Below the pieces are notes generated by a model. The model was not told the DNA's origin and did no database searches. It saw only the letters and a list, made by a program, of their open reading frames with translations. From positions 1,056,001-1,120,000 of the forward strand of contig CAXXTH010000010.1 of the NCBI GenBank assembly GCA_963668025.2: a stretch of DNA of 64,000 nt, in the 5' to 3' direction. A program made the position numbers and the translations under genes. This DNA comes from Candidatus Hydrogenedentota bacterium. Lineage in GTDB: Bacteria > Hydrogenedentota > Hydrogenedentia > Hydrogenedentales > SLHB01. Position 1 is the stretch's first letter, and every line of letters starts with the position of its first letter. Positions 30,601-40,797 of the stretch are shown one piece after another.

Positions 30601-31002
30601 GATCAGATGATATGCATCATCCCACACCCGGACAGGCGGCGTCTCGGGGGCGTCCGGATTGCCAAAGTAAACATAGAGATGCTGGCCGCTGCCTGTTTTG
30701 AGCTGTGGCATACGGATATAGATCTCCACGCCGTCCGGTTCCCATGCAACAATCTCGTGGGCGAGTTCTTGGCCATCCGCGTTGATGATGCGCATGTCCC
30801 GGCCTTGCGGAGCCGCCAATGCTCGTGCGAATTGGCCATCCGTCATATGCAAGCGGAGAGGGAAATTCTCCAGGTTTTCCGTAATATCCTTAGTATTGAT
30901 GGAAACTTGCTGCCGGTAATGCCAGGAGGCATTCCACCAGCCATCGTCCGCCCAAGCCCCCGCGCACATAATCACAGCCGTTAATATGATTCCTCGTATC
31001 AT
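27613..31002 (-). CDS. GH127 beta-L-arabinofuranosidase-like enzyme with N-terminal DUF2341 and LamG domains
   Basis: Signal peptide after RBS AGGAGGG. WWNASWHYR...LYVYFGNP (DUF2341), FLGDVDEVR (LamG), ETCCTVAW and CCSTN (GH127 Zn/Cys motifs), YPADG, LRIPRW and YRGPILY. Confidence 0.85.
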   Translation of the reverse strand: MIRGIILTAVIMCAGAWADDGWWNASWHYRQQVSINTKDITENLENFPLRLHMTDGQFARALAAPQGRDMRIINADGQELAHEIVAWEPDGVEIYIRMPQLKTGSGQHLYVYFGNPDAPETPPVRVWDDAYHLILHLQGDMADALGTVEPVKREGCMFQNGWTPGLISAESHPWATFCTLGPGSLNVNPEILQKLGPTATFTLRFRPKGTEKRVLFAASAADAKNGMEAVVAPDSASVDLIQDVVRSSLPYGNGVEPERWHSIVVAVDNVQKQYKFTVDGAAMAQGAYPGLAGPFDTIKFGRALLNPAELYFLGDVDEVRMAAVSRTNAWMAAEALSLSEANPLVNIGPLESQDGTPPPPVAPELLLPVTGSQSHKTAGIELSWRPSVGSETYAVALYEDAAASRLINKLEAGNATKLIIQPSVAPQSTIYWTVIAQSAHGETPAHEMRRLDFYTWAEPGVTNTPKEKASQKLQTAQGVRIELDGYLRERVGNMVRYLTDYNERNPGLLRMLRERPEKDIPGWAGVFPGQYLSSAELLWRVTRDEKLKAAIDAYVDGLIASQREDGYLGPFEDLRGWCELWNHYSAMIGLLQYYDDTQDAAALAACEKLGHLLAATYGPDGASLNISGGSNETICHAMAQLYKRTGKQVYLDFVNYVMKQAWSEPGGPDLLNCGLEHRPVAKFPMRRWETIHNLGALSEMYWLEGNEDYAKAYQNIWWELAKGDRHITGGFSTNEGLLGTPYNPGTIETCCTVAWIIISTDMLKLTGDARVADELEWSTLNSALGSIPFDGSTSTYSNQPDGARHYGKEIFQGPKDGAELNCCSTNAYRALGMLSEWGLMQDKDGLFLNYYGPSAWSAQLPSGNKVSLKQDTRYPADGLVRITVTPEKAERFTLHLRIPRWSKTSQCSVNGKAIKGLAPGNYLAVTRKWRAGDTVELRLDFSPWFWAGEQECSGKLAVYRGPILYTFDARFNNITQENMPALDCQSLAFEPMQENTAPQPWILTRIKDHAGSQFTACDFSSAGMTGTPYRSWFPSSTLPPSPFHLVSPRNGEAGASFQWERAAGAESWVVLLGKERGLAVDSQRIETSQPECAVPSLKPGTYYWTVEAINKYGRVEAANGPFELTVAAR

Positions 31003-31338
31003 GGCAACCGAATCCCTCCTTGTTCCGTGAGCACGGCATGGCAGCCGTGCATTTTCAAATATAGTTGTATTCACACAATAGAGATTCTGCAATTATATAT
31101 ATGTTTTTATATTACGGTTAAAGTATATTCAGCCGTTCATCATCAGCATACAGTATGTAAAATCCGCCGGGAGCATTATTTAGTTGCTAACTAAAATTCT
31201 TCGTGTTGGTGTTTTATGCTCGCAGTCTACCAAAGATACGTTTCTGTCATTATCCTACCAATAGTTTACAAATCCCCTCATTTGTCTCGGTTAAAAATAG
31301 CACAAAATAACGTTAAATGCAAGATGAAAAGAAAGTTC

Positions 31339-31376
31339 TTGACGTAATATGGGAGATCGTGTTATAAAGTGTCATA
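31339..31376 (+). promoter_or_regulatory. Sigma70-type promoter for the pilin-2/GH32 operon with overlapping operator candidate
   Basis: TTGACG (31339) and TATAAA (31363), plus ATAAAGTGTCATA (31364-31376). Confidence 0.5.
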
Positions 31377-31674
31377 TTAAGTGGAGGCGCTTCGTGGATG
31401 GCTTGATGATGGGGTTCCTCCACGAGGCAATGGCTTCGTAAGTTCTATAGTTTTCTGAGTTCATGTAAGTGGAAAGTGTTCACTCATCACTCGGCGCTAG
31501 ACTGTCTCTAGTGTCTGATGTGGAGCCGGGGATTGGCTCCTCTCCAAATCCCCGGTCCCACGGCTAAAAAATGATAGGGCTTGGTGCGACGGATTTGAGA
31601 TTTATATGGTATCGAAAGATACGCATCTGTATTGAAAATTGAACGGGTGTAATAAAGGTACGGAGACGAAAAAA

Positions 31675-32778
31675 ATGAAAAAGAAACAAGGTTTTACGCT
31701 CATCGAGTTGCTGGTGGTGATCGCCATTATCGCCATATTAGCTGCTATCTTATTGCCAGCGCTCGCACGCGCCCGTGAAGCCGCGAGACGGGCTTCCTGC
31801 GCCAGCAACCTTAAACAATGGGGCATCATCTTCAAGATGTACTCCGGCGAGAACAAGAGTGGGCTCTTTCCTTCAGGGCCGCAGTATTTGCCGTCCAACA
31901 ACGGTGGAGGCGTTACGTTGTCCTATCGCGGCGTTGCCGCGAATGTGCTTTATCCGGATTATTGGAATGATCCAAGCTTAATGCTTTGTCCGTCTGATTC
32001 CCGGACAACGGCTGGAAGCTGGATATCGGATGTCAACAACACGCCTGTTGAAGTGGAAGAAGATTTTAGCGCTCAGATCCAGAAAATCGCCCAGAATACC
32101 GACCCTTTGGCCAAATCCTGGTTGTACGCGATGCTGTCCATTAATCCCTCTTATGTGTATGTTCCGTGGGCGACTTGTAGCAATGGCCAGCTTGCCCAGG
32201 CCTTGGTATATCAATTGTATGCGTGGTCTCCCCATGGCTGGGACGACGTCAAAGGATGGTGGCCAGGCAATGCTTCCAGGCCATGGGGGAAAGATTGGGC
32301 CATTATGTACAGCACAGGTTATGAAAACGATATGACCGATGAGGGCAAGGTTGTGACGAATGGCATGGCGTATTTCACAGGAACGTTCGGCACACCCGCG
32401 GGCGGTAAATGGCTGGATGATGATAATGCCGCTTTGCCTACGACCATTAGGCGTCTCCGGGAAGGGGTCGAGCGATTCTTCATTACAGACATCAATAATC
32501 CGGCCTCTTCGGCCACGGGACAGAGCTCCATGGTGGTGATGTATGATGCCTGGGCTGCAGGGGGATATTGGGGCAACAACGTAACCGCTCAGATTAACAA
32601 GGCCCAGCTTGCTTTTAATCATATCCCAGGCGGAAGCAATACGTTGTATATGGATGGCCATGTCGAGTTTGTTAGGTTGAACGCGAAACGGCCGTGCCTT
32701 GTGGAGCCTGCAAAGGGAACCAGCCAGGTTCAGCAGTGGAGTGGTTATATCACGCACCTTACAGGTGGATGGGGCTGA
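31675..32778 (+). CDS. Prepilin-type DUF1559 / H-X9-DG protein (paralog 2)
   Basis: MKKKQG|[36 protein letters not shown] and [17 protein letters not shown]. Confidence 0.92.
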   Translation: MKKKQGFTLIELLVVIAIIAILAAILLPALARAREAARRASCASNLKQWGIIFKMYSGENKSGLFPSGPQYLPSNNGGGVTLSYRGVAANVLYPDYWNDPSLMLCPSDSRTTAGSWISDVNNTPVEVEEDFSAQIQKIAQNTDPLAKSWLYAMLSINPSYVYVPWATCSNGQLAQALVYQLYAWSPHGWDDVKGWWPGNASRPWGKDWAIMYSTGYENDMTDEGKVVTNGMAYFTGTFGTPAGGKWLDDDNAALPTTIRRLREGVERFFITDINNPASSATGQSSMVVMYDAWAAGGYWGNNVTAQINKAQLAFNHIPGGSNTLYMDGHVEFVRLNAKRPCLVEPAKGTSQVQQWSGYITHLTGGWG

Positions 32779-33140
32779 GAAGGGCGGTTTTGCCGTTTTC
32801 ATTCGGCTGCCGCCCGTGTTTCCGGTTCGATGAAAGGAGAGCCCGCTCAAGCGGGCTAAGGGGACGTGCGGATAGTAAAAGAAACAGCAGGCCATCTTGA
32901 AGCGTTCAACAGGCGATACGAACCTTTTTATCGGGGAAGGCGCTCGGTGTATATGTTCATATACAAAAAACGGCGGTTTTCCCTGCAAAACGCATCAATA
33001 CTCTTTTGGTGGCTCACACCCAAATACTAAGCCCAGAAAGAAGCTGGACAGCACATCCAGATATACTATCCAGCTCTAGATAAACTTCCGTTGGTAAGAG
33101 GTATGCCCCGAGAGGCCACGCGATGAAGGAGATTGACTCA

Positions 33141-35612
33141 ATGGCTGAGAAGTCCAAGTGCTTGGTTAGTTGGCGAGGTGTCCGTATCCCCTTGCTTCTG
33201 ATGCTCATCATGGCATGGGTGGCCGGTCTGATACCCAGCAGCGCGTTCGCTCAAATGTACCTGCCGCCCGCGCCTTATCGCTATTGGGATATGTGGATTC
33301 TGAAAGATAATGACGTCTTTCATAATTTCTGGCTGCAAAGCGATGAGGAGTACATCTGGAATACCATCGGCCACGCGGTCTCGAAAGATATGATCCATTG
33401 GGAACCGCTGCCGCCTATCCCATCCAAAGGCGCGCCTGGCTCCTGGGACGAGAATCCCACCTTGACCGGCATCACGGTGCGGGTCGAGAAGCCTTTCGAG
33501 TATGACGGCATGGTAGTGCGGTACGCCATGTTTTACGGCTCGGAATCCTCATACCGGGCGAAGAATCCGAACAACCAGACGGAGACCAGCCAGCAGATAG
33601 GCGTCATGTTTTCCGACGACCTCATGCGCTGGAAGAAATACCACAAGAATCCGGTTCTCAAGATCACACCGCCGTTCTATCTAGACCCCGGAATCGAATT
33701 CAGAGATATCGATGTCGTGTACGACAAGGAAAATGATATCTACCATGCATACGTGGGTTCGGAGGCGGCCGTGATATCCCCAGAGATTCAGCCTGTCAAG
33801 GAACGCACTCTGGTAGCTTGGGTTTATCTTTCCCCTAAAAACCAATCAGGCAGCGGTGTGTTGACGGTCAACTACGGGCGAGGCAATTATGCCGAACCCG
33901 GCGGCCTGTATGACGGCATTGTCTTGGGCAACTCAAGTGCGCCAGGCCGCTGGCTCAATGGCAGCGAGGCCGAAAACCGCACCCGCAAAGATCCCGCGAT
34001 ACTGGCGCAGGACACAGCGGCTCCCGCCGAGTTGGTTCAAACCGCTATCGTATACCAGAGCGACAAAGTGACGGTTTATCGCAATGGCCAGCCATATGAT
34101 AGTTATCCCCTCTCGGACACGGATTTTATTCTGTCCAGCCAAACGCCGATCTTCATGGGAAGCGGCTCCTGTGTGACCATGGGCCTACGCAGCCTTGATG
34201 ATAAAGGAGACTCTTCGGCTTATTTCGCAGGCGTAATCGAGGAAGCGCGTATCTACAGCTCCGCCCTGGATCCCGACACGATCCGCTCTTTAACGCCCAA
34301 TAATCCAGCCGGGCCAGCGCCATTGGCTCGATGGACGTTCGAGGACGGCACCGCAAGAGATGAAATGGATACCTTCCAGTATAAACGAGAACTAGACAGT
34401 CTCCAGCCGCAGCTACATGGCGGCGCGTACATTGCAGATGGCAAGCTTCATCTCGATGGCGTAGACGACTATTTTCAAACACTCACCCGAAAAGGCGAGA
34501 TGTGCATCTCACACATGACATCCAAGAATCTGGTCGACTGGGAATACCATCCGCCCATCTTTTCCAGTAATAGCTTTCCCGGCATCCTCTCACCGGAAGA
34601 TCCCGATTACTTCGAGCTTAACGGCCGCCACTATTTCTTCTTCTCGAGCTGGGGCGCGCGGCTGAATACATCGGGACGGACAAATGCGGCGGGAACCTAT
34701 TACATCATGGCCGACCGGGCCGAAGGGCCGTATCGCCTGCCTGCAAGCCCTTGCCTGATGGGCACTTCACGGCTGGACAACTACTGCGGCCGCACGGTTC
34801 CCTTTGGCGACTCCTACTTGGTGTATTCCTATACTTGTGGCGTCCCGTTCACCAGGCCTGCGACAATAGGGGTGCCCAGGCTGCTGCATCAGAATGAAGA
34901 TGGCACCCTCTGGCTTCAGTATTGGCCCGGCCTTAATAAACTGGAAACCAAGACCCTTGTCGATGGCGCGCGCCTTGCCGAAATGGACCTCGGCAACCGG
35001 CTAGGCAGCGGTACATGGACCGTCCAAGGCAATCAGTTACAGGGCGCGTCACCCGAGAACGAAACCAGCGTGCTCTGGCTGCCATTCGAGAATCTGGATT
35101 CTTACATGCTGACCGGCATGCTGGACCTTTCCCATGCCCAGACTGTCGCCGTGCTTTCCCGGTGGAACGGCAAGCAGGCTGGCTCAGTGCTCTTTGACGT
35201 GCCAAGCGACACGGTCCATGTGGGATTCCACCAAGAGTCCGGCAATACCATCGAGTTCAAGAGCCACGATGCGGTCAAAAACTTGCAGCTAACCAGCGGC
35301 CCGCAGCATGTGCGGATCATGATCCGCGCCTGGCGCGCCGAGGTCTATATTAATGACCACTGGGTCTTCGGCACGTCCATCGATGAGATGCCGGAGAAGG
35401 GTGGGATTGGCCTTGCCGTGAAATCCGGCTCGGCCACATTCACTGATTTGCGAGTGGCCGAAATAGAGCCTTTGGTGCAGGCATCGTATAAGGATGTCAA
35501 TACCGAGACGACGGCTGGGGCCACCAGCGTACATGCTAAAGACAAGACGATTCTTCCCCAACACAGCATGGAGAAGGAGGTTCTGGAGGCCACCAAAGAC
35601 CCAGATGCTTAG
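33141..35612 (+). CDS. GH32/GH68-like beta-propeller glycosidase with an inserted LamG domain
   Basis: Signal peptide. YWDMW, IGHAVSKDMIHW, EFRD and EDPDYF motifs. LamG insert (FAGVIEEARIY, LHLDGVDDY) and C-terminal beta-sandwich (EVYIND). Confidence 0.75.
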   Translation: MAEKSKCLVSWRGVRIPLLLMLIMAWVAGLIPSSAFAQMYLPPAPYRYWDMWILKDNDVFHNFWLQSDEEYIWNTIGHAVSKDMIHWEPLPPIPSKGAPGSWDENPTLTGITVRVEKPFEYDGMVVRYAMFYGSESSYRAKNPNNQTETSQQIGVMFSDDLMRWKKYHKNPVLKITPPFYLDPGIEFRDIDVVYDKENDIYHAYVGSEAAVISPEIQPVKERTLVAWVYLSPKNQSGSGVLTVNYGRGNYAEPGGLYDGIVLGNSSAPGRWLNGSEAENRTRKDPAILAQDTAAPAELVQTAIVYQSDKVTVYRNGQPYDSYPLSDTDFILSSQTPIFMGSGSCVTMGLRSLDDKGDSSAYFAGVIEEARIYSSALDPDTIRSLTPNNPAGPAPLARWTFEDGTARDEMDTFQYKRELDSLQPQLHGGAYIADGKLHLDGVDDYFQTLTRKGEMCISHMTSKNLVDWEYHPPIFSSNSFPGILSPEDPDYFELNGRHYFFFSSWGARLNTSGRTNAAGTYYIMADRAEGPYRLPASPCLMGTSRLDNYCGRTVPFGDSYLVYSYTCGVPFTRPATIGVPRLLHQNEDGTLWLQYWPGLNKLETKTLVDGARLAEMDLGNRLGSGTWTVQGNQLQGASPENETSVLWLPFENLDSYMLTGMLDLSHAQTVAVLSRWNGKQAGSVLFDVPSDTVHVGFHQESGNTIEFKSHDAVKNLQLTSGPQHVRIMIRAWRAEVYINDHWVFGTSIDEMPEKGGIGLAVKSGSATFTDLRVAEIEPLVQASYKDVNTETTAGATSVHAKDKTILPQHSMEKEVLEATKDPDA

Positions 35613-35663
35613 GAACAATGGGGAGATAACGGGCAGCATATGCGCATCACGAAAGGCGGCATT

Positions 35664-36899
35664 ATGAAACCGAAAGAGATTGTGACTCTCAGGAAGCTCA
35701 TCATCTGTAGCGTAGTCGCGGGACTCGCGGCTTATTGCGGCACAGGTTTCGCAGACGGCGCCGCAGGAAGCCTGGTAACGGTCCATGGCCAACCCAGCTA
35801 TTCCCTTAGTAATAAGAACGTTTCAGTCTCTATTACGGCTCAGGGCGGACATCTTACGGCTGATTTCGCGTGTGGCGGCAAAACGGTTTCGCCTTACTAC
35901 GTGTCGCCCTGGTGGGACGAAACCGTGGATCAGAATATATGCCCCATGGTTAACGTGATTCGGGGCGATTTTTTCTGTTTCCCAATGGGCGACAACAAAG
36001 AGCCTTACGAGGGGAAAACATATCCTCCTCATGGCCAGACTGCCAATGATAATTGGAATTTGGTGCAAGGTAAAACGGCAGGAAAAGACAGTGAAGTGAA
36101 ATTAACCATGTGTCTTGACCACGGCGAGGGAACAGTCAACAAGATCATCAAGATCACGGAAGGCGAACCGGTGATTTATTGCAAGCATGTGATCACCGGA
36201 TTCGAGGGGAAGATATCGCTTGGCCATCACCCGAACCTCCAGTTCCCTGATCGCGAAGGCGCAGGGTATATTGACATGAGCGAACCCCTTACTGGTTTTA
36301 CCACTCCGATCCTGTTCGAGCAGCCACAGAACCGGGGGTATTCGGCCCTGAAAACAAACGTCGAGATTACTGACCGGACAAAAGCGCCGTGCGCCAACGG
36401 AGATACTTGGGACCTTACTCGATATCCCACTCCGAAAGGCTTTGAGGATATCGCCATTTTTATAAACGATCCGTCTAAAGAATTCGTGTTTTCCTCTGTG
36501 TCATTGCCAGATGAAGGTTATCTATACTTTCAACTGAAAGACCCACGGGTCCTATCTGAGACCATGTTATGGATGTCCAACGGCGGGCGGCATTACCCCC
36601 CATGGAACGGACGCAACATCGGCGTGCTTGGCCTCGAGGAGATCACCGCCTATTACTACTTCGGCCGGACCCAAAGCGTGCAGCCAAACCTATTGCAGGA
36701 AAAAGGTTATAGAACCTTTAGCGACATCCACGCGCATGAACCTTTCGTGGTGAAACTGATCATGGGCATAGTTCCTATCTCCAGTAGCTTTCGAGGCGTC
36801 AAAGACATTGTTCGGAAAGATGCTTCGACCATCGTGATCGAAGGAAAGGCAGGCGAACGCATCGAAGTGCCGTGTAAAGTCGATTTCCTCAAAAAATGA
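35664..36899 (+). CDS. Secreted hypothetical protein, galactose-mutarotase-like fold
   Basis: Signal peptide. RGDFFCFPMG, PPHGQTAN, LGHHPNL and WMSNGGRHYPPWNGR..GLEE. Confidence 0.6.
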   Translation: MKPKEIVTLRKLIICSVVAGLAAYCGTGFADGAAGSLVTVHGQPSYSLSNKNVSVSITAQGGHLTADFACGGKTVSPYYVSPWWDETVDQNICPMVNVIRGDFFCFPMGDNKEPYEGKTYPPHGQTANDNWNLVQGKTAGKDSEVKLTMCLDHGEGTVNKIIKITEGEPVIYCKHVITGFEGKISLGHHPNLQFPDREGAGYIDMSEPLTGFTTPILFEQPQNRGYSALKTNVEITDRTKAPCANGDTWDLTRYPTPKGFEDIAIFINDPSKEFVFSSVSLPDEGYLYFQLKDPRVLSETMLWMSNGGRHYPPWNGRNIGVLGLEEITAYYYFGRTQSVQPNLLQEKGYRTFSDIHAHEPFVVKLIMGIVPISSSFRGVKDIVRKDASTIVIEGKAGERIEVPCKVDFLKK

Positions 36900-37112
36900 T
36901 GCGAGCGAGACTGGAAGCCGTCTCTTTTTTTCGAGGGATCTACACCTTCACGGCATGTTCTGTAGCGTGAATGCCATAATTCTGTACCGAAATCTACCAT
37001 AAAGTATCATAAATTTTCATGTAAATAGACATATTTGTTCGTTACCGTAAAGTACTTGACATTCTATGATATTTAGTGTTATTGTATGTTATGAGTAAGG
37101 CGGATTTTGCCA
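36741..37112 (+). repeat. Segmental duplication copy A (gene 3' end + downstream region + promoter); partner at 54590-54955
   Basis: Near-identical sequence from CCTTTCGTGGTGAAACTG through GTAAGGCGGATTTTGCCA at both sites. Confidence 0.92.
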
Positions 37113-37429
37113 ATTAGGCAGTCCCTAATGGTATTTTTTGATATCTTCCAATGGATTACTGAGTTAGTACTATAGTTTAACTTATTACTATGGCGTTGCA
37201 TAGGGGGTGTGAGGAAGCTTATGGCGGCCATAGATTAGGGCATGTTCATAAGACCTGCGCCGTTAAGATGCGCGTAGCGTAGCGTAATGGTCAAACGTTA
37301 TGGCAAGGAGATGAAGAAGGAGCGAGAGAGGCCATCAAAAAAAAACGTAAAGGATGCGGAGGGTAATGATAGAGGAACAATGGTGGATGGATGATAGGTT
37401 TTGACCTAACGAAACGAGGAGGAATCAAA

Positions 37430-39157
37430 ATGATACACACTAAAAGGCTCATTGTTCTTTGCGCAGTTTCCCTGATTTGGATGGCAACCACTGCCATGGC
37501 TGCCACCATCAACACTTACACTGAGGCATTTGATGATGCGGATCTCGGAGGGCTTTGGGGCACACAAACATTCACGACCTTTGGCTTTGGAGCCTCAGCA
37601 GGCGCGAGCACTACTGTTGAAGATGGAGTATTCAAGTTCACGAAAGACGGTAATGGCGGCGGCTGCTCACCGGTGTTAGCGACGGCGTTTCCTGGCGCAA
37701 ATAATGCATTTGGCGGTCTGACCGACGTGACATATGAATTTACGATACCGGATGTGGCGGCATCGCTGACCGATATAACAACAGGTGGCGCTCAGTTGGT
37801 TATCTGCTTGAATATAGCACAATACACCATCGACTATGTAGGGGTGATTAACTCTGAGGGAACGATTCATGTACAAAACATAGCCTCAGGGAATCATTAT
37901 GATCAATTCTCCGCATCGGGCATCACTTCGCTGGCGTACCGCCTGGTGCAGATAGGGGCAGACACCAAATGGCAGATATGGCAAAGCAAGAATGGCGGTG
38001 AGTTCGTGAACATCACGAAGGACGATGAAGGCGCTGCCATTGAATCAAGAGATCATGACTGGGGTGAGGCCTGGCCAAGCGTTTGGGACAGGCTCGGATG
38101 CATTATAGCGGTTGTTGACACCGGCGCGTCTCAACCAAATAGCTACGAAGTGGCTATCGATAACCTGAGCATCATTACGGACCGGATGACCACAACGGCA
38201 TTTGGCCATTCAACAGTGGAGAGCTTCGATGATGCTTCATTGACGGATGGCTTGTGGACGCTGGATGACAATCTGGATAGCGTTACGGCCAACGCCTCCA
38301 ATTCAGATGTCACACTGTCTGGCGGCAGACTGAATTTCAACAGCGATGGAGATAGCTCTAACTACAAGTCTTCCCTGTTAAGCCTGAGAAGTTATGACGA
38401 TCCCGTCAGTTGGGACCACACCCTGGCGCCGCCGTTCGCGATCCAGTTTACTGTTCCAGATTCGGCTGCCCAACTGATTAACGGAGGCGGTTACTTTACC
38501 ATGGCCGTGATGGATGGCCCGTATGGTCTCCTACAAAACAATTTTGGCAATATCACAGGATACAAGCTTGCGCAACAAGCCAATACGGGCCAGTGGTTAT
38601 ACACCTGGAGAGATGATGCAGAATTTGGCGGCGTCCAATCATCATTCAAGGTGCGGTGCGAAGTTTATAAAGATAGCACTGCCGCATGGTTTATGGCCAG
38701 CGGTGATGGGCCATTTATTAACATATCTGCAGACAGCACCGGTGAGCTGGACTCCGTCCCGCTTGGCTGGACCCCGGGTGGAAACATAAGTTTCATGATT
38801 CAGGCGATCGATGACGCCGCGCCAGGTGGAGATTGGACCCTGTCGGTTGACGACTTGATTGTCGAAACGGGCGAGCCTGTTGTTGATGAAGATACGGACG
38901 GCGATGGCTTGCTTGATTCGGTCGAGACGGACACTGGTGTGTATGTGAGCCCGACGGATACAGGCACGGATCCGAACGATGCCGATTCTGATGATGACAC
39001 CTATAACGATGGCGATGAAGTAGATGCAGGCACGGACCCGAACGATCCGCTCTCCTACCCCGGTAGTGGTGGCGCATTGCCCGTGTTGTCTATCCTGGGT
39101 TTGGCAGTGCTTGGTGGTGCATTGAGCATCTCGGCTCGCCGCCGGTTACGCCGATAG
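37430..39157 (+). CDS. Secreted surface protein with thrombospondin-type-3 (Ca-binding) repeats and a C-terminal membrane anchor
   Basis: Signal peptide (..TAMA). DTDGDGLLDSVE..GTDPNDADSDDD..GTDPNDPLSYP. C-terminus LPVLSILGLAVLGGALSISARRRLRR. RBS GAGGAGG. Confidence 0.82.
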   Translation: MIHTKRLIVLCAVSLIWMATTAMAATINTYTEAFDDADLGGLWGTQTFTTFGFGASAGASTTVEDGVFKFTKDGNGGGCSPVLATAFPGANNAFGGLTDVTYEFTIPDVAASLTDITTGGAQLVICLNIAQYTIDYVGVINSEGTIHVQNIASGNHYDQFSASGITSLAYRLVQIGADTKWQIWQSKNGGEFVNITKDDEGAAIESRDHDWGEAWPSVWDRLGCIIAVVDTGASQPNSYEVAIDNLSIITDRMTTTAFGHSTVESFDDASLTDGLWTLDDNLDSVTANASNSDVTLSGGRLNFNSDGDSSNYKSSLLSLRSYDDPVSWDHTLAPPFAIQFTVPDSAAQLINGGGYFTMAVMDGPYGLLQNNFGNITGYKLAQQANTGQWLYTWRDDAEFGGVQSSFKVRCEVYKDSTAAWFMASGDGPFINISADSTGELDSVPLGWTPGGNISFMIQAIDDAAPGGDWTLSVDDLIVETGEPVVDEDTDGDGLLDSVETDTGVYVSPTDTGTDPNDADSDDDTYNDGDEVDAGTDPNDPLSYPGSGGALPVLSILGLAVLGGALSISARRRLRR

Positions 39158-39410
39158 GTGTTCGTTTTTAGCGTAAGCTGCTAAATAGCATTTGATGGTA
39201 TCTCTTGAACAAAGACGGGGGGCCTGCTGGGATTACTGGCATGGCCCCCCAAAAAAGAGTGGGCGATTACATAAAACAATCCAAGACAAGCAGACTCGCA
39301 CAGTGCAGGTGCAATTGTTCGGGTAGAAGAAGTGGCGCTGCGCCGCTGATGTTTATAAGGAAAGTGGGCGTTTATTTTCTAAGCCCATTTTCAGGAAGAT
39401 GAGGAGAGAT

Positions 39411-40511
39411 ATGATTACTAACCAACGATGTAAGCAAGGTTTCACGCTCATCGAGTTGCTGGTGGTGATCGCCATTATCGCCATATTAGCCGCTATTTTA
39501 TTGCCAGCGCTTGCGCGGGCCCGTGAAGCCGCGAGGCGGGCTTCCTGCGCCAGCAACCTTAAACAATGGGGCATCATCTTCAAGATGTATTCGGGGGAAA
39601 ACAAAGGGGGGCTGTTTCCCCCCGCTTCGGATTACCAAGTGTATTCCGGGCTGTACCATGGGGTGGCCGGTTTTTCCATTTATCCCGACTACTGGTCAGA
39701 TGCGAATCTCATGATTTGTCCGTCGGACTCACGGGGCGGTTCCAGTTCGATTATTAGCGCCTTGGTCAAAAATTTTACTGTAGAAAACTTGGTGGGCGAT
39801 CCCATGGGTGAGTTCGTTCAAAAGGTTGCCTCAAGTGACAATTCGTTGGCCAAGCCGTGGCTAGGTGTAGTGTTGTCACAGAATATCTCGTACCACTATG
39901 TTCCTTGGGCGACGGGCACCAAATCGAGATTGGTGCATGCTATGTGCGTGCAGAACTGGGCAGTGGAAGGCGGCGCCCGTGGAACAGAAGATTTGCTGGA
40001 ATATTATGCGGGCTCTAAATCAACGCCGTGGGGTAACTTTGCAGTCATACGCTGGGCCACGTTTGAGAATGACTTGACTGAAAAGGCAACAACGTACGCA
40101 AAAAGCTATATTTCTGGCAATACGGGAACATCTGCTTGGACCGATGATGACGGCAGCCCGCTGCCCACGACGGTCAAGCGATTACGGGAAGGGGTCGAGC
40201 GGTTCTTTATCACCGACATCAACAATCCCGCTGCTGCCGCAAAATCCCAGACCGAAATGGTCGTGATGTTCGACTGCTGGGCTGGCGGCTGTGCTGCCCC
40301 CTGGTATCCCGAGACCAATACAAATCAAGTAACCTACAACCACATTCCTGGCGGCAGCAACACCCTCTACATGGATGGCCACGTAGCGTTTTGCCGGTTC
40401 CCGAACAATTGGCCTTGCATGCCAGGAAATGGCTCGGCGCCCGTGAACGGCGACATGCGGTTTTACCAGACGTTCGGTTTCTGGACCTGGACCTACGGCG
40501 GGTGGGGATGA
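39411..40511 (+). CDS. Prepilin-type DUF1559 / H-X9-DG protein (paralog 3)
   Basis: KQG|[36 protein letters not shown] and [17 protein letters not shown]. Confidence 0.92.
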   Translation: MITNQRCKQGFTLIELLVVIAIIAILAAILLPALARAREAARRASCASNLKQWGIIFKMYSGENKGGLFPPASDYQVYSGLYHGVAGFSIYPDYWSDANLMICPSDSRGGSSSIISALVKNFTVENLVGDPMGEFVQKVASSDNSLAKPWLGVVLSQNISYHYVPWATGTKSRLVHAMCVQNWAVEGGARGTEDLLEYYAGSKSTPWGNFAVIRWATFENDLTEKATTYAKSYISGNTGTSAWTDDDGSPLPTTVKRLREGVERFFITDINNPAAAAKSQTEMVVMFDCWAGGCAAPWYPETNTNQVTYNHIPGGSNTLYMDGHVAFCRFPNNWPCMPGNGSAPVNGDMRFYQTFGFWTWTYGGWG

Positions 40512-40657
40512 TGCGCTCCGGTTCTTGAAGCGAGTATATTCGAACAAAACAACGGAAGGATGTTTCATTTTTCCTTTACCAAGACCTATAAAAGTGTTTT
40601 CAAGCCAATGTTTCATGTAATTCATGCATGAGAGTAGCTTGGGTGTTTAGGTTCTGT

Positions 40658-40797
40658 TTGAAAGGAGGTTCATGGTAATTCCTACGAACACCACAATAGA
40701 TATGAACATGGCACAGGGCGCGGCAAGGGGATTACAGCCCTTCGAGCAGCTCAATATGGAGATCCGGGCGAAGTTCTGTTTGCTGAAAGCTCAATAT
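40658..40797 (+). repeat. Duplicated 5' end (RBS + first 42 codons) of the sugar epimerase gene at 54971; partner at 54957-55096
   Basis: TTGAAAGGAGGTTCATGGT...CTCAATAT is near-identical at both sites and encodes MV(I/V)PTNTTID..NMAQGAA..LQPFEQLNMEIRAKFCLLK. Confidence 0.92.

Noticed and set aside
31404-31440. Resemblance to a fluoride riboswitch core (GATGGGGTTCCTCC...AATGGCTTC)
   Set aside because: The P1 pairing and AACCGC/GCT elements are missing, and the downstream gene is unrelated to fluoride resistance.
38890-39060. Repeated GATACGGAC/ACGGATCCGAACGAT motifs as a DNA repeat array or CRISPR
   Set aside because: They encode TSP3-type Asp-rich protein repeats. No repeat-spacer array or cas gene was seen anywhere in the window.
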